64,000 nucleotides of DNA from assembly GCA_963787195.1 (NCBI GenBank), contig CAWBCI010000003.1, positions 79,364 through 143,363 on the forward strand. The letters run 5' to 3'. Shown piece after piece: positions 47,754-57,704 of this stretch (the first letter of the stretch is position 1; every line of letters begins with the position of its first letter). The stretch comes from an uncultured Bacteroidales bacterium (GTDB lineage: Bacteria > Bacteroidota > Bacteroidia > Bacteroidales > JAGOPY01). The notes beneath the pieces were generated by a model that worked only from the letters and a program-made list of their open reading frames with translations, had not been told where the DNA came from and searched no databases. The position numbers and the translations under genes were made by a program.

Positions 47754-50112
47754 TTATTCATATCTCAGCGCCTCCACTGGGTTTCTTCGTGCCGCCCTGT
47801 ACGTAAGCCAGCTCACTGTAAGCAATACAATTCCCAGGGTAATAAGTCCCGACAGGACAAATATCCACCAGCTGAGTGAGGTCTGATAGGCAAAACTTGC
47901 CAGCCATTTGTCCATGCTATACCAGGCTATCGGTGTTGCTATTACAAAGGCGACAATAATCCATTTTACGAAGCTCAGATTGAGCATTTGTATGATTTCG
48001 GAAACAGTGGCCCCGTTCACTTTACGAATGCCTATTTCTTTGGTTCGTCTTGCCAGAATAAAGGATGCCATGCCCATTAATCCTATGCAAGCAAGGAAAA
48101 TTGCGAGTACCGCAAAATAACCCATCAATTGAAAAGTCTTAGTATCCTTTTGATATCGCGACTGAAGTATACTATCCAGGAAGCTAAATTCGATCACCTG
48201 GTCGGGATAATAATTCCTGGCAGATTTCGGTAATGGATTTCATTGATCCAATAACATCAGAGGGTTTTACCTTGACGATCAGATGGTAGGCCTGGGTGTA
48301 ATCTATTAAGAATATAGCGGGCTTAATTTTATTGTAAAGGGATTCAAAGTAAACATCATCAATAACACCTATAATATGCCGGGTCGATTTTGGCCAGTAA
48401 CATTTAATGGATTGCCCTATGGGATTTCCCTCAATTCCCAAACGTTTTACGGCTTCTCCGTTCAGAATAACAGATTCGGTGGCATCCGTTTGAAGTTGAT
48501 CGGAAAATAACCGCCCTTGTGTTGCTTTAATACCCAAAGTTTTGAAATAATCGAAGTTAACATGAACATAAGGAATTTGGATACGTTCTGTTTGACCTTC
48601 TGGTAAAACAAAACTTTCATTATTGAGAGAGCCCGATGGAATGCGGCTGGCCACGGAAACACTTGAAACATAACTTTGACCAAGTAGCGCCTGCCTGAGG
48701 GTATTGTACTTTGCTTCATCGCCATAATCAAAAATACTTGTGATTACTGCTTCTTTATTAAAACCTAAGTCTTTGTGTTGTATAAAATTAATCTGACGGA
48801 ACATTATAGTTGCGCATGCAATTAGAATGATCACAATGGTAAATTGTACCCCAACAAGTATTTTTCTGAATTGAAATTTAGCACTTGCATTATTTTTTGA
48901 TGACTTTAGCGCATCTACCGGACTATAGGAGGAAAGCACCAAAGCCGGATACCAGGCTGCCAGCAGGCCTACGATTACTATCATTCCCAGGAGACCCAAT
49001 ATGATGTTCATATTTGCCATGATTGAAAATGACAGGTTTTTACCCGAAAGTTCATTGAATATTGGCAAAGCAATTCGAATAATCACTAATGCAAGGCATA
49101 ATGAAATAATAAGCACCAGAAAGGATTCTGAAACATATTGCATAACCAGCTGATTTCGTGAGGCTCCGTACGCTTTTCTAACGCCTATTTCTATTCCGCG
49201 GGTTGTAGCATTTGCTGTAAGCAGATTTATATAATTAAAACAGGCAATGAGTAATATTAGGAGCCCAATAGCCGAAAAAATCAATATATAGGTGATGCTG
49301 TTTTGAGGTTGAATATCATTAAGAAAGTGAGATGAATAGAGATGGATATCTTTTAGGTTTTGAAGTGTAAATTTTTGCAACGGAGCTTCAGGGTCGTATG
49401 GATTCACAGGCATTAAATTACAAATCTTGGCTTCCACCTCAGGTTTTGAAAACTCATTTTGCATCTCGAAATAAACCAGAAAATTTAGCCATCCCCAGTT
49501 GTTCATCCAATCGCTACCGAACATTTTATCTCCATCTTCGAGGGTCATAAAAATATCGAATGTAAAATGGGAATTTTGCGGAATATCTTCAATAACACCG
49601 CTTATGGTGTAATCATACTCATTTCCTACCTTTAGTATTTTTCCAATAGGATCTTCATCGCCAAAGTATTTGCGGGCAGTTTTTTCATTTATTACAGCTG
49701 TACCGGGTTGCTGTAGGGAATTCTCAGGACTCCCTTGTATAAATTTAAAAGAGAAGATGTCGAAAAGTGCAGCATCGGCCCAGGCAACATAATCTTCTTT
49801 AAATCGATTATCTTCAAACTGAACAAGTATATTATCCCGTGGTAAAATCCGGGCGTAATTTTTAATTTCCGGTAAATTATCTGCCAACAAGCGGGCTGCT
49901 CCCGGAGCCTGATAAGGATGTTCTTCCTGGCATAATCGATAAATATTATCTGCTTTTTTATGATAACGGTCAAAGCTTAATTCGTGGGATACATATAATA
50001 AGAGTAAAATGCATACGGCCAGTCCTATGGTCAGACTTGAAATACTTATGAAGGAATAAATTTTGTTCTTCGTAAGATTGGCAATGGCGATTTTAAAATA
50101 ATTCCTGATCAT
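47754..50112 (-). CDS. MacB/FtsX-type ABC transporter permease (needs a 1-nt correction)
   Basis: ORFs 48184-50112 and 47754-48197 join if one G of the GGG run at 48204-48206 (CCC on the coding strand) is removed (..CQELLSDQVIEFSFLDS..). Two FtsX 4-TM modules separated by large extracytoplasmic domains. Confidence 0.75.
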
Positions 50113-50157
50113 AATGCGCGGGTTTTTGGATTTTATAATTGAGAAGCCATAATTGCA

Positions 50158-50832
50158 TTAATTCGCTGTCTCCATGATCACCTGACCATCAAACAGATTA
50201 ATGATCCTGTGAGCATAGCCTGCATCACGTTCGCTGTGCGTAACCATAATTATCGTAGCTCCTTCCTGATTAAGCTCAGATAAGAGGTTCATCACCTCAA
50301 CACCATTTTTCGAATCCAGGTTTCCGGTAGGTTCATCGGCAAGTATAAGGCCGGGATTGGCAATTACCGCCCTGGCAATAGCTACTCTTTGTTGTTGTCC
50401 TCCGGAAAGTTGCTGTGGAAAATGTTTCGCCCTGTGGCCAATTTTCATTCGTTTCAGCACCCCGTCAACCATTTTGCGGCGCTCAGAAGGTTTCAGTTTT
50501 AAGTATATCAAAGGGAGTTCTACATTATCATAAACATTCAACTCATCAATCAGGTTAAAGCTCTGAAATATAAAACCGATGTTCCCCTTGCGAAATTTGG
50601 TACGGTCTTTTTCTTTCAAATGGGTAATGTCCGTACCGTCATATGCATAAGTGCCTTCCGTAGGATTGTCCAATAAACCTACAATATTAAGCAAGGTTGA
50701 TTTGCCACAACCCGAAGGGCCCATTACAGCCACAAATTCACCTTTTTTTACATGAACGTCTACTTTATTTAATGCCAAAGTTTCGACATCCTCGGTGCTA
50801 AATACTTTCGATAGTTTTTCAGTTTTTATCAT
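50158..50832 (-). CDS. ABC transporter ATP-binding protein (MacB/LolD type)
   Basis: Walker [10 protein letters not shown], signature [14 protein letters not shown], Walker [12 protein letters not shown]. Confidence 0.9.
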   Translation of the reverse strand: MIKTEKLSKVFSTEDVETLALNKVDVHVKKGEFVAVMGPSGCGKSTLLNIVGLLDNPTEGTYAYDGTDITHLKEKDRTKFRKGNIGFIFQSFNLIDELNVYDNVELPLIYLKLKPSERRKMVDGVLKRMKIGHRAKHFPQQLSGGQQQRVAIARAVIANPGLILADEPTGNLDSKNGVEVMNLLSELNQEGATIIMVTHSERDAGYAHRIINLFDGQVIMETAN

Positions 50833-50872
50833 GATAACTTGTTTTTCGTTTCATTAGCTTAATTTTTCTAAA

Positions 50873-50888
50873 TTCAAGATCAGTGCCA
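50873..50888 (-). promoter_or_regulatory. candidate sigma-54 (-24/-12) promoter for the ABC operon
   Basis: The minus strand reads TGGCAC-TGATC-TTGAA. Spacing is correct for TGGCAC-N5-TTGC, but the -12 element is GA rather than GC. It lies about 40 nt upstream of the ATG at 50832, beside a sigma-54 activator gene. Confidence 0.4.
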
Positions 50889-51069
50889 TAAATCATAAGC
50901 AACAGATTATGAGGCTTATCGGTACATAATTTAAAAATCAGCTTATTAATAAGTGTAAATATATCTTACAGTATGCGATCAATTGATTTACAAATATTTA
51001 CCTTCGTTAAATATATTCGTATATTTCATGTTAGAGTAATATGGAAATGCTTGACCTTATTCATGTGAG

Positions 51070-52436
51070 ATGAATGGAAAAATACTTATTCTCGACGACA
51101 ATAAAAGCGTTCTTACCGCACTTGAGATGCTCCTCCAAACGGAATTCGAAAGTGTTTACACATCTGCGAAATCCAAATTGTCTGGTGTCCACTATCCAAA
51201 AGCATCAAATTGATGTCGTGCTGCTTGATATGAATTTTAAGGCCGGAATAAATACAGGCAACGAAGGAATATACTGGTTGCGTCAGATTCAAAAACAAGA
51301 TCCGACCATCAGTGTGGTAATGATTACTGCCTATGGTGATATTGAACTTGCAGTTAAAGCCGTGAAAGAGGGAGCCTTCGATTTTATATTAAAACCCTGG
51401 GATAACAATAAATTGATCAGCACGTTGCATGCCTCCATGAAGCTTAGAAAAAGTAGAATTGAGAATGTGGAATTATCGAATGTTGCGCATAATTTAAAAC
51501 AAGTGCTCAATCCGACATCACAAATAATTATAGGGCAGTCGGAACCTATGAGGAAAGTGATGGAGATGGTGAAAAAAGTTGCAGATACCGATGCAAACAT
51601 ATTTATCGCAGGTGAAAACGGAACCGGGAAGGAACTTATTGCCCGGGAAATTCACAGGTATTCTAAAAGGAAAGATGAGGTAATGATCAGCGTGGACATG
51701 GGTGCTATTAGTGAATCACTTTTTGAAAGTGAACTTTTCGGCCACATAAAAGGATCATATACCGATGCTAAAGAAGACCGTGTCGGTAAATTTGAAACTG
51801 CTGATAAGGGCACCTTGTTTCTTGATGAAATAGGGAATCTTCCTTTGTCTCTGCAAGCTAAATTACTCACATCCCTGCAAAACAGAACCATAGTAAAATT
51901 AGGCAGCAATATCCCTGTTTCCATTGACATCAGGTTGATTTCAGCGAGCAATAAAAATTTAATTGATATGATTAAGCGAGGGGCAGTTCCGTGAAGATCT
52001 GCTTTACCGTATCAATACCATAACTATTGAAGTGCCTCCTTTGAGGGAACGAGGAAACGATATACTGTTACTGGCAGAGTTTTATCTTCAGAAATACATT
52101 AAAAAATACAATAAACCCGGACTAAAAATAAATCAGAAAGCACAAAAGAAACTCCTGAAATACAGTTGGCCCGGAAACGTAAGAGAGTTGAAGCACAGCA
52201 TTGAAAAGGCTGTAATCCTGGCCGATAATAAAGCTCTTGGGGAAGATAGTTTTACATTAAATGAAGCAGGCTCAAATCAGAGTACAGAGTTACAGGATAA
52301 AACCATCGAAGAAATGGAAAGGGAAATGATCCTCGCCAGCATCGAAAAAGAAAAAGGGAATATGAGTGCTGTGGCTAAAAAGTTGGGAATTACCAGGCCT
52401 ACACTTTACAAGAAACTGAAGAAATTTGAAGATTAG
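51070..52436 (+). CDS. sigma-54-dependent response regulator (NtrC family; needs two 1-nt corrections)
   Basis: The ATG at 51070 gives MNGKILILDDNKSVLTALEMLL... The frame is restored by removing an A from the AAA run at 51169-51171 and a G from the GGGG run at 51980-51983 (..KRGQFREDLLYRINT..). AAA+ motifs GENGTGKE and GAFTGA-like ESELFGH. C-terminal Fis-type HTH. Confidence 0.85.
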
Positions 52437-52486
52437 AACCTTATAGCATGAAGCATTAACCTGATTAGCTTTTTAAAATTGATACT

Positions 52487-53884
52487 ATGTCGTACAAACA
52501 TTTTTATAGCGCAATAATATTTCGATTAGCAATTATAATTTTGTTTGCAGCTGCTGCGACATATTTATATTTTGAAAAGCAGGCTGTTCTTTTAAGCATT
52601 CTGTTTTTAATATTGCTGGCAGGCGCCGTGATTAACATTATCCATTATTTTAATAGTTTAAACAATTGGATAGCTTCTTTTCTTTTGGGCATCGAAAATG
52701 ATGACACAAGCCTAAAGACCCCATCGAATACGGGAAACAAGGCCATCAACGATGTCTATACAGGAATAGAAAGGCTTAACAAGCTTTTTAGAAAAACAAA
52801 AATAGATATTAGCACACAGGAGCAGTATTTTCGTTCAGTTATCGATCATTCTGCAAGCGGGCTTTTTTCGGTCAACGAAAAAGGCAGGGTGATAAATATT
52901 AACCCGGCTGCCACAAAACTAACCAAGCTAAACAGCTATCACCATGTAAATGCTTTATTGGCTATCGATAAAAGATTGCCTGATTTTATTTTTGGGACAT
53001 CGGAAAACACAAATAAACAATCCGCGATTTTTGAAAATCGGGACGGACAAAAACTTTTATTCAAACTCTCAGAAATTAAAACCAACGACGAAAGCATTAA
53101 ACTGGTGGCTGTGAGTGATATTACGAAAGAGCTTGATAACCGGGAAATCGATTCCTGGATAAAACTTGCCCGAACACTATCGCATGAAATCATGAATAAT
53201 ATTGCACCCATAACTACTTTGTCAAAGGTAATTTCGGGCTATTTTATCAGCAATGACAAAACTATTAGCAGCGAGAAATTAGATGCTGCCACTATTGCCA
53301 ATACTGTAAAAGGTCTTAGGGTGATTGAAGAGCGGGGCCTCGGATTGATAAACTTTGTCGAAAATTACAGGAAATTCACGAAGCTCCCCGAGCCCCATTT
53401 TAAAAAGGTAAACCTGTCTTTGTTAATCGATAGCAATTTGATGATTGCCAGCGCTTATCCCGGCTTTAATACCATAAGGATCGAAAAGTCTGTACCCGCG
53501 GATATTATGTTTTCCACCGATGAAAAACTACTTTCTCAGGTAATACTAAACCTTTTAAAAAACGCTTTGGAAGCCTTAATATCAGAAAACACAAAAAACC
53601 CTCATATCAGTATCAGACTTTCAAAAACAAGCCATACGGTTAAGATTGAAATTAGCAACAATGGCCCTCAAATTCCTCCCGAAATAAGGGAACAAATTTT
53701 CGTTCCTTTTTATACTACCAAAGAAAACGGTTCAGGTATTGGATTGAGCCTGAGCAAACAGATAATCCTGCAAATGGGAGGAGACATTATTGTCAGCTCC
53801 GGCAAGGATGAAAAAACGACTTTCAGTATCATTATGAATTCAGAACTACTTCCCTTTATCCCTTCAGCGAAAAGCGCACAGTAA
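52487..53884 (+). CDS. sensor histidine kinase (2 TM, PAS, HisKA, HATPase)
   Basis: H-box LARTLSHEIMNNIAPI, N-box NLLKNALEA, G-boxes NNGPQIP / GSGIGLS. Confidence 0.85.
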   Translation: MSYKHFYSAIIFRLAIIILFAAAATYLYFEKQAVLLSILFLILLAGAVINIIHYFNSLNNWIASFLLGIENDDTSLKTPSNTGNKAINDVYTGIERLNKLFRKTKIDISTQEQYFRSVIDHSASGLFSVNEKGRVININPAATKLTKLNSYHHVNALLAIDKRLPDFIFGTSENTNKQSAIFENRDGQKLLFKLSEIKTNDESIKLVAVSDITKELDNREIDSWIKLARTLSHEIMNNIAPITTLSKVISGYFISNDKTISSEKLDAATIANTVKGLRVIEERGLGLINFVENYRKFTKLPEPHFKKVNLSLLIDSNLMIASAYPGFNTIRIEKSVPADIMFSTDEKLLSQVILNLLKNALEALISENTKNPHISIRLSKTSHTVKIEISNNGPQIPPEIREQIFVPFYTTKENGSGIGLSLSKQIILQMGGDIIVSSGKDEKTTFSIIMNSELLPFIPSAKSAQ

Positions 53885-53887
53885 AGG

Positions 53888-54075
53888 CTTAATCAATGAG
53901 ACTCAATTTTTTCAAGCGAAGCGAAGAAAAAATCCTTAGTCGAATTGATCCCGAAAAGACGAAGTCTTATTCGGGATCTGATGGGACTAAATTCCCCGTC
54001 TCTTGAGACGAATAAGAGATATTTCCTTAAGATACTCAGCTGCTTGTGGCGGGGTAGTTTATTTTAATTATGGTA
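53888..54075 (+). repeat. about 185-nt structured dispersed repeat (copy 2)
   Basis: Matches 14566-14750. It begins 4 nt after stop 53882-53884 and ends about 15 nt before the stop of the convergent gene. Confidence 0.8.
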
Positions 54076-54090
54076 TTAAAGAAGACACCC

Positions 54091-54879
54091 CTATTTTCTT
54101 TTTCGGTATCCTTCCGGAATGCAAAAAATTTCTGATTCCTCAAAGCGTGACGCGATGGCAATACGGGTGCCGTTTGCATGAGGTTTGAATAAATCGTATA
54201 CAATCTGCGGATGGTTGTTTTGCTCCGAGAGGTGTGACAACACCAGCAGATCCAGGAAGGGGGCACGATAACTTTTAAAGATCTCCAGTGCTTGCAGGTT
54301 GGAAAGGTGACCTTCGCCTCCACTTATGCGTCGTTTCAGAAAGACCGGATAGCGGCCCTCATTCAACATCCTTTCGTCGTAATTCGCTTCAAGGAAAGCT
54401 GCATGGCACTGGCCAAAGTAATGCACCAGCTGTTCGCATGGCGCGCCGATGTCTGTAAAAACACCCACAGTAATATCCTTATCGGTCACGGTGAAGCTAT
54501 GCGGATCGGCAGCATCGTGATGCTTGTGAAAGGGGTTCACAGTCAGACTGCCGAAGTTTAATGCTTCATGGGAAGTAAAGGCTTGCACAAGATGAGGGTC
54601 GATACATAAGCCGCTTTTCATGTGTGTTGCAGTAGTAATATAAACCGGTATCCTGTGCTTTCTTGAGAGTACCTCCACACCCCTTATATGGTCAGAATGA
54701 TCATGGGAGATCAAGATGCCCCTGACCTTATTGAGTGATAAGCCTAAATTCGTCATGCGGCGTTCGGTTTCCCTGCAGGAGATGCCTGCGTCTATAAGAA
54801 CGGCATCGTGGTCGTTACCAACATAGTAACAGTTTCCATTGCTCCCGGAATTAAGTGAGGCGAGGTAGAGGTGTGACAT
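54091..54879 (-). CDS. MBL-fold metallo-hydrolase
   Basis: ILISHDHSDHIRG metal-binding motif, 262 aa. Confidence 0.8.
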   Translation of the reverse strand: MSHLYLASLNSGSNGNCYYVGNDHDAVLIDAGISCRETERRMTNLGLSLNKVRGILISHDHSDHIRGVEVLSRKHRIPVYITTATHMKSGLCIDPHLVQAFTSHEALNFGSLTVNPFHKHHDAADPHSFTVTDKDITVGVFTDIGAPCEQLVHYFGQCHAAFLEANYDERMLNEGRYPVFLKRRISGGEGHLSNLQALEIFKSYRAPFLDLLVLSHLSEQNNHPQIVYDLFKPHANGTRIAIASRFEESEIFCIPEGYRKRK

Positions 54880-55071
54880 GGATGCAAAGATCAGGAAATA
54901 TACAACAGATGCAATGCGTCTAAGCTGGCTTTTACTTTAACCCGGTAATATTTGATCTTGAATGCTGTCATAAGGAATATGATGAACTGCTTGCAATTTT
55001 CCACAAAACGGTAATGACAGCAAGGACCGGAAATAAAATACAATCAGCCATGGAGCATCGGCCATGATCCA

Positions 55072-55146
55072 TTACACGATTCGGCATTGTCAATTGTCGA
55101 TTTTCGATGTAAATGTTCGATTTGTGATGGACGATTTACATTTTCA
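55072..55146 (+). repeat. TCGAT-rich heptamer-register repeat (family copy B)
   Basis: CACGATT CGGCATT GTCAATT GTCGATT TTCGATG TAAATGT TCGATTT GTGATGG ACGATTT ACATTTT. A copy of 45569-45640, differing by whole-unit indels. Confidence 0.85.
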
Positions 55147-55245
55147 TAGAGGATGTTCGAAGCGAATTTGGGCTTTTTAATGGAATAATTTGATTAAAAA
55201 AAATGCCTCCTGGATATTTAGTGAAAGATTGTCCATGGACCATTT

Positions 55246-55299
55246 AAAATCGAAAATGAAATCATACATCGAAAATGCCGAATCGACAATCGTGCAATG
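55246..55299 (-). repeat. TCGAT-rich repeat, inverted copy
   Basis: The reverse complement CATTGCACGATTGTCGATTCGGCATTTTCGATGTATGATTTC.. matches 55072-55146. Confidence 0.75.
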
Positions 55300-55332
55300 A
55301 AAAAATGCCCCGACATAGTCGGGGCATTTTTT
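55299..55332. terminator. bidirectional rho-independent terminator (downstream of the tRNA)
   Basis: AAAAAATGCCCCGAC-ATA-GTCGGGGCATTTTTT. Confidence 0.85.
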
Positions 55333-55333
55333 G

Positions 55334-55407
55334 TGGGCCCACCAGGACTTGAACCTGGGACCACCTGATTATGAGTCAGGTGCTCTAACCGACTGAGCTA
55401 TAGGCCC
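55334..55407 (-). tRNA. tRNA with CAT anticodon: elongator Met or, more likely, Ile2 (lysidine)
   Basis: The reverse complement GGGCCTATAGCTCAGTCGGTTAGAGCACCTGACTCATAATCAGGTGGTCCCAGGTTCAAGTCCTGGTGGGCCCA folds as a cloverleaf. G1-C72 means it is not an initiator. The C4-G69/C5-G68 pairs resemble the TilS determinants of E. coli tRNA-Ile2. Confidence 0.9.
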
Positions 55408-55413
55408 GGACTT

Positions 55414-55457
55414 TGTAATTGTCGATTCGGTATTGTCGATTGTCGATTTTCGATATT
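55414..55457 (+). repeat. TCGAT-rich heptamer repeat (copy D, upstream flank of the tRNA)
   Basis: TGTAATT GTCGATT CGGTATT GTCGATT GTCGATT TTCGATA. Confidence 0.8.
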
Positions 55458-55695
55458 TACCTTCTGAACCGCCAATCCCCAATTATTTGGGAGTGCAAAG
55501 ATAAAGAAATTTGTAATTTTTATATATACTTCAAGCATTTTTGTTGAACACTTTGAATTGTTTTTGTAAAAAGGATAAGCAGTTCGTTTATAATGACGGT
55601 TTTACCTACAATTTTCTAAAGAATTATCAACGTATAATAGGCAGACAGATCCTGATATACATCAGGATGACGCACAATATATATACTAAGGAAAA

Positions 55696-55748
55696 GCGGC
55701 GCGACACACCGATTGAATTATAAAGGAGTGCCGCGCCGCTTTATTTTT
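55696..55748 (+). terminator. orphan GC-rich hairpin + T-run (terminator-like)
   Basis: GCGGCGCGACAC (55696-55707) pairs with GTGCCGCGCCGC (55728-55739), with one mismatch, followed by TTTATTTTT. No annotated upstream plus-strand gene. Confidence 0.45.
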
Positions 55749-55996
55749 CTACCCTTTAAGACGTCATCCCGGCGCAGGCCGGGATCTGTCAGCTATTGGC
55801 AGAGAAGTAACCAAACTGTCGATGTTCTAAGGTGATGTCGATGTTCCATTTAATTCGGAAGTTCGGAAATTCGACATTATGAAAATTCGATATTTCAAAT
55901 ATTTGTTCACGTTTCCACAGTTACAACATGTAGAGACCTTTAATTTAATCTGTCCATAATATACATTTTCCTAATTAACAATATCTTTGCAGCCCT

Positions 55997-56644
55997 ATGG
56001 AAAATCAAATCAAAAATATCATCTTCGACTTCGGAGGAGTTATCATAAATATTGACCCTTTATCCGTAGTATCCGAATTGCAGAATATGGGATATAAGAA
56101 CATATTGAAACTGCATGAAAAGCTGCTGGCAGATAATGCGTATGTGAAACTGGAATTAGGTACTCTTTCCCCTGCAGAGTTCCGGCAGATCATTAAGGAT
56201 TTCCTGGGAGGAAATCTATCAGACCAGCAGATCGATTTTGCATGGAATTCTATCATAAAGGATATTCCTCCCGGAAGAATTGAGTTGCTCGAAAAGGTCC
56301 GGAAGAATTATAAATCCTTCCTTCTCAGCAATTCAAACGAAATTCATTATGAATATTATAATGATTATGTGAAGAAGAATTTTAGTTATGAAAATCTTTC
56401 TTCCCTCTTTGATAAAGCCTATTATTCCTTTAAGATGCGGCTTTATAAACCCGATCCTGTCATCTTTCAGAAAATCCTTAAAGAAAATGATCTGAAAGCT
56501 TCTGAAACAATTTTTATTGACGATACAAGAGTGAATGTGGATGCCGCGAATGAACTTGGCATTAAAGGCTATCATCTTGACGATGGGATAGATGTCAGGG
56601 ATCTGTTCGACACAAATGGATTCTGGATTGCGCCAACAGAATAA
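55997..56644 (+). CDS. HAD-superfamily hydrolase (subfamily IA)
   Basis: Motif I IIFDFGGVII, motif II LLSNSN, motif IV FIDDT..N. Confidence 0.8.
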   Translation: MENQIKNIIFDFGGVIINIDPLSVVSELQNMGYKNILKLHEKLLADNAYVKLELGTLSPAEFRQIIKDFLGGNLSDQQIDFAWNSIIKDIPPGRIELLEKVRKNYKSFLLSNSNEIHYEYYNDYVKKNFSYENLSSLFDKAYYSFKMRLYKPDPVIFQKILKENDLKASETIFIDDTRVNVDAANELGIKGYHLDDGIDVRDLFDTNGFWIAPTE

Positions 56645-56647
56645 ATT

Positions 56648-57631
56648 TTACTGTTCACTGTAAGCCAATAGAATCTCATCAAAAATCTGACTCACTTCTT
56701 CATAAGTCGGTGCAAGCATCAGGCGCATCTTGAAGGGCTTGAAATGATCGTAGCCCTTAAAGTATTCCGGATAGTGCCGCTTCATTTCATTCAGGGCCAC
56801 ATGCTCACCTTTCCAGTCTATGGACCTTTCCAAATGGATACGGCAGATCTTTATCCGCTCCAGTACATCAGGCGGAGGATTTAATTCACCGCTTTCAAGG
56901 AAATGTTTTATATCGCGGAATATCCATGGGTTACCATAACTCCCCCGGGCTATCATCAGGCCATCGACATTAAAATTATCTTTGAAATATTTTGCCGATT
57001 CAGGGGAAATAACATCCCCGTTGCCGAAAACGGGAATTATTACCCGGGGATTATTTTTTACTTCCCTGAGAAGGGTCCAGTCGGCCGGCTCACCGGGTCT
57101 TTGAACCCTTGTGCGGGCATGTATCGTGATGGCTTGTATCCCTACATCCTGCAGCCTTTCAACTATTTCTACAATATCCTTATTTTCATTATCATAACCT
57201 AAACGGGTCTTAACTGTAACAGGCAGTTTTGTGGCTTTTACACAGGCTTCGGTCATCCTTACCATTTTGGGTATATCATTCAATATACCTGCACCGGCTC
57301 CTCTTCTGACAACTTTTTTCACCGGACATCCAAAATTGATATCTATCAGGTCGGGGGCAGCCTCTTCTGCATATTGAGTAGCTTTCACCATAGAATCGAT
57401 ATCATGGCCATAAATCTGTATCCCTATAGGCCTTTCAGACTCATCGAATTCAAGTTTTTTTACACTGCTTTTGGCGTCCCTGATCAATCCGTCGGAAGAA
57501 ATAAATTCAGTATACATTAGATCAGCTCCGAACATCTTGCATACATGCCGGAAAGGAGGATCACTCACATCTTCCATGGGTGCCAGCAATAAGGGGAAGT
57601 CTCCGATTTCTATATTTCTTATTTTCACCAT
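56648..57631 (-). CDS. dusB: tRNA-dihydrouridine synthase
   Basis: LLAPMEDVSDPPFR, DINFGCP, ITIHARTR motifs. Confidence 0.85.
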   Translation of the reverse strand: MVKIRNIEIGDFPLLLAPMEDVSDPPFRHVCKMFGADLMYTEFISSDGLIRDAKSSVKKLEFDESERPIGIQIYGHDIDSMVKATQYAEEAAPDLIDINFGCPVKKVVRRGAGAGILNDIPKMVRMTEACVKATKLPVTVKTRLGYDNENKDIVEIVERLQDVGIQAITIHARTRVQRPGEPADWTLLREVKNNPRVIIPVFGNGDVISPESAKYFKDNFNVDGLMIARGSYGNPWIFRDIKHFLESGELNPPPDVLERIKICRIHLERSIDWKGEHVALNEMKRHYPEYFKGYDHFKPFKMRLMLAPTYEEVSQIFDEILLAYSEQ

Positions 57632-57704
57632 ATTTTGGCCCTTATTTTTTGTGCTGCAAAATTACTATTTTTGCTGTCTGATAATCAAAACAAGATACAT
57701 TCAT

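Noticed and set aside
16491-52032. Frameshifts considered as programmed ribosomal frameshifting or phase-variable contingency loci.
   Set aside because: The runs are only 2-4 nt long, the genes affected are functionally unrelated, and no slippery heptamer or downstream structure is seen. The pattern fits homopolymer base-calling error.
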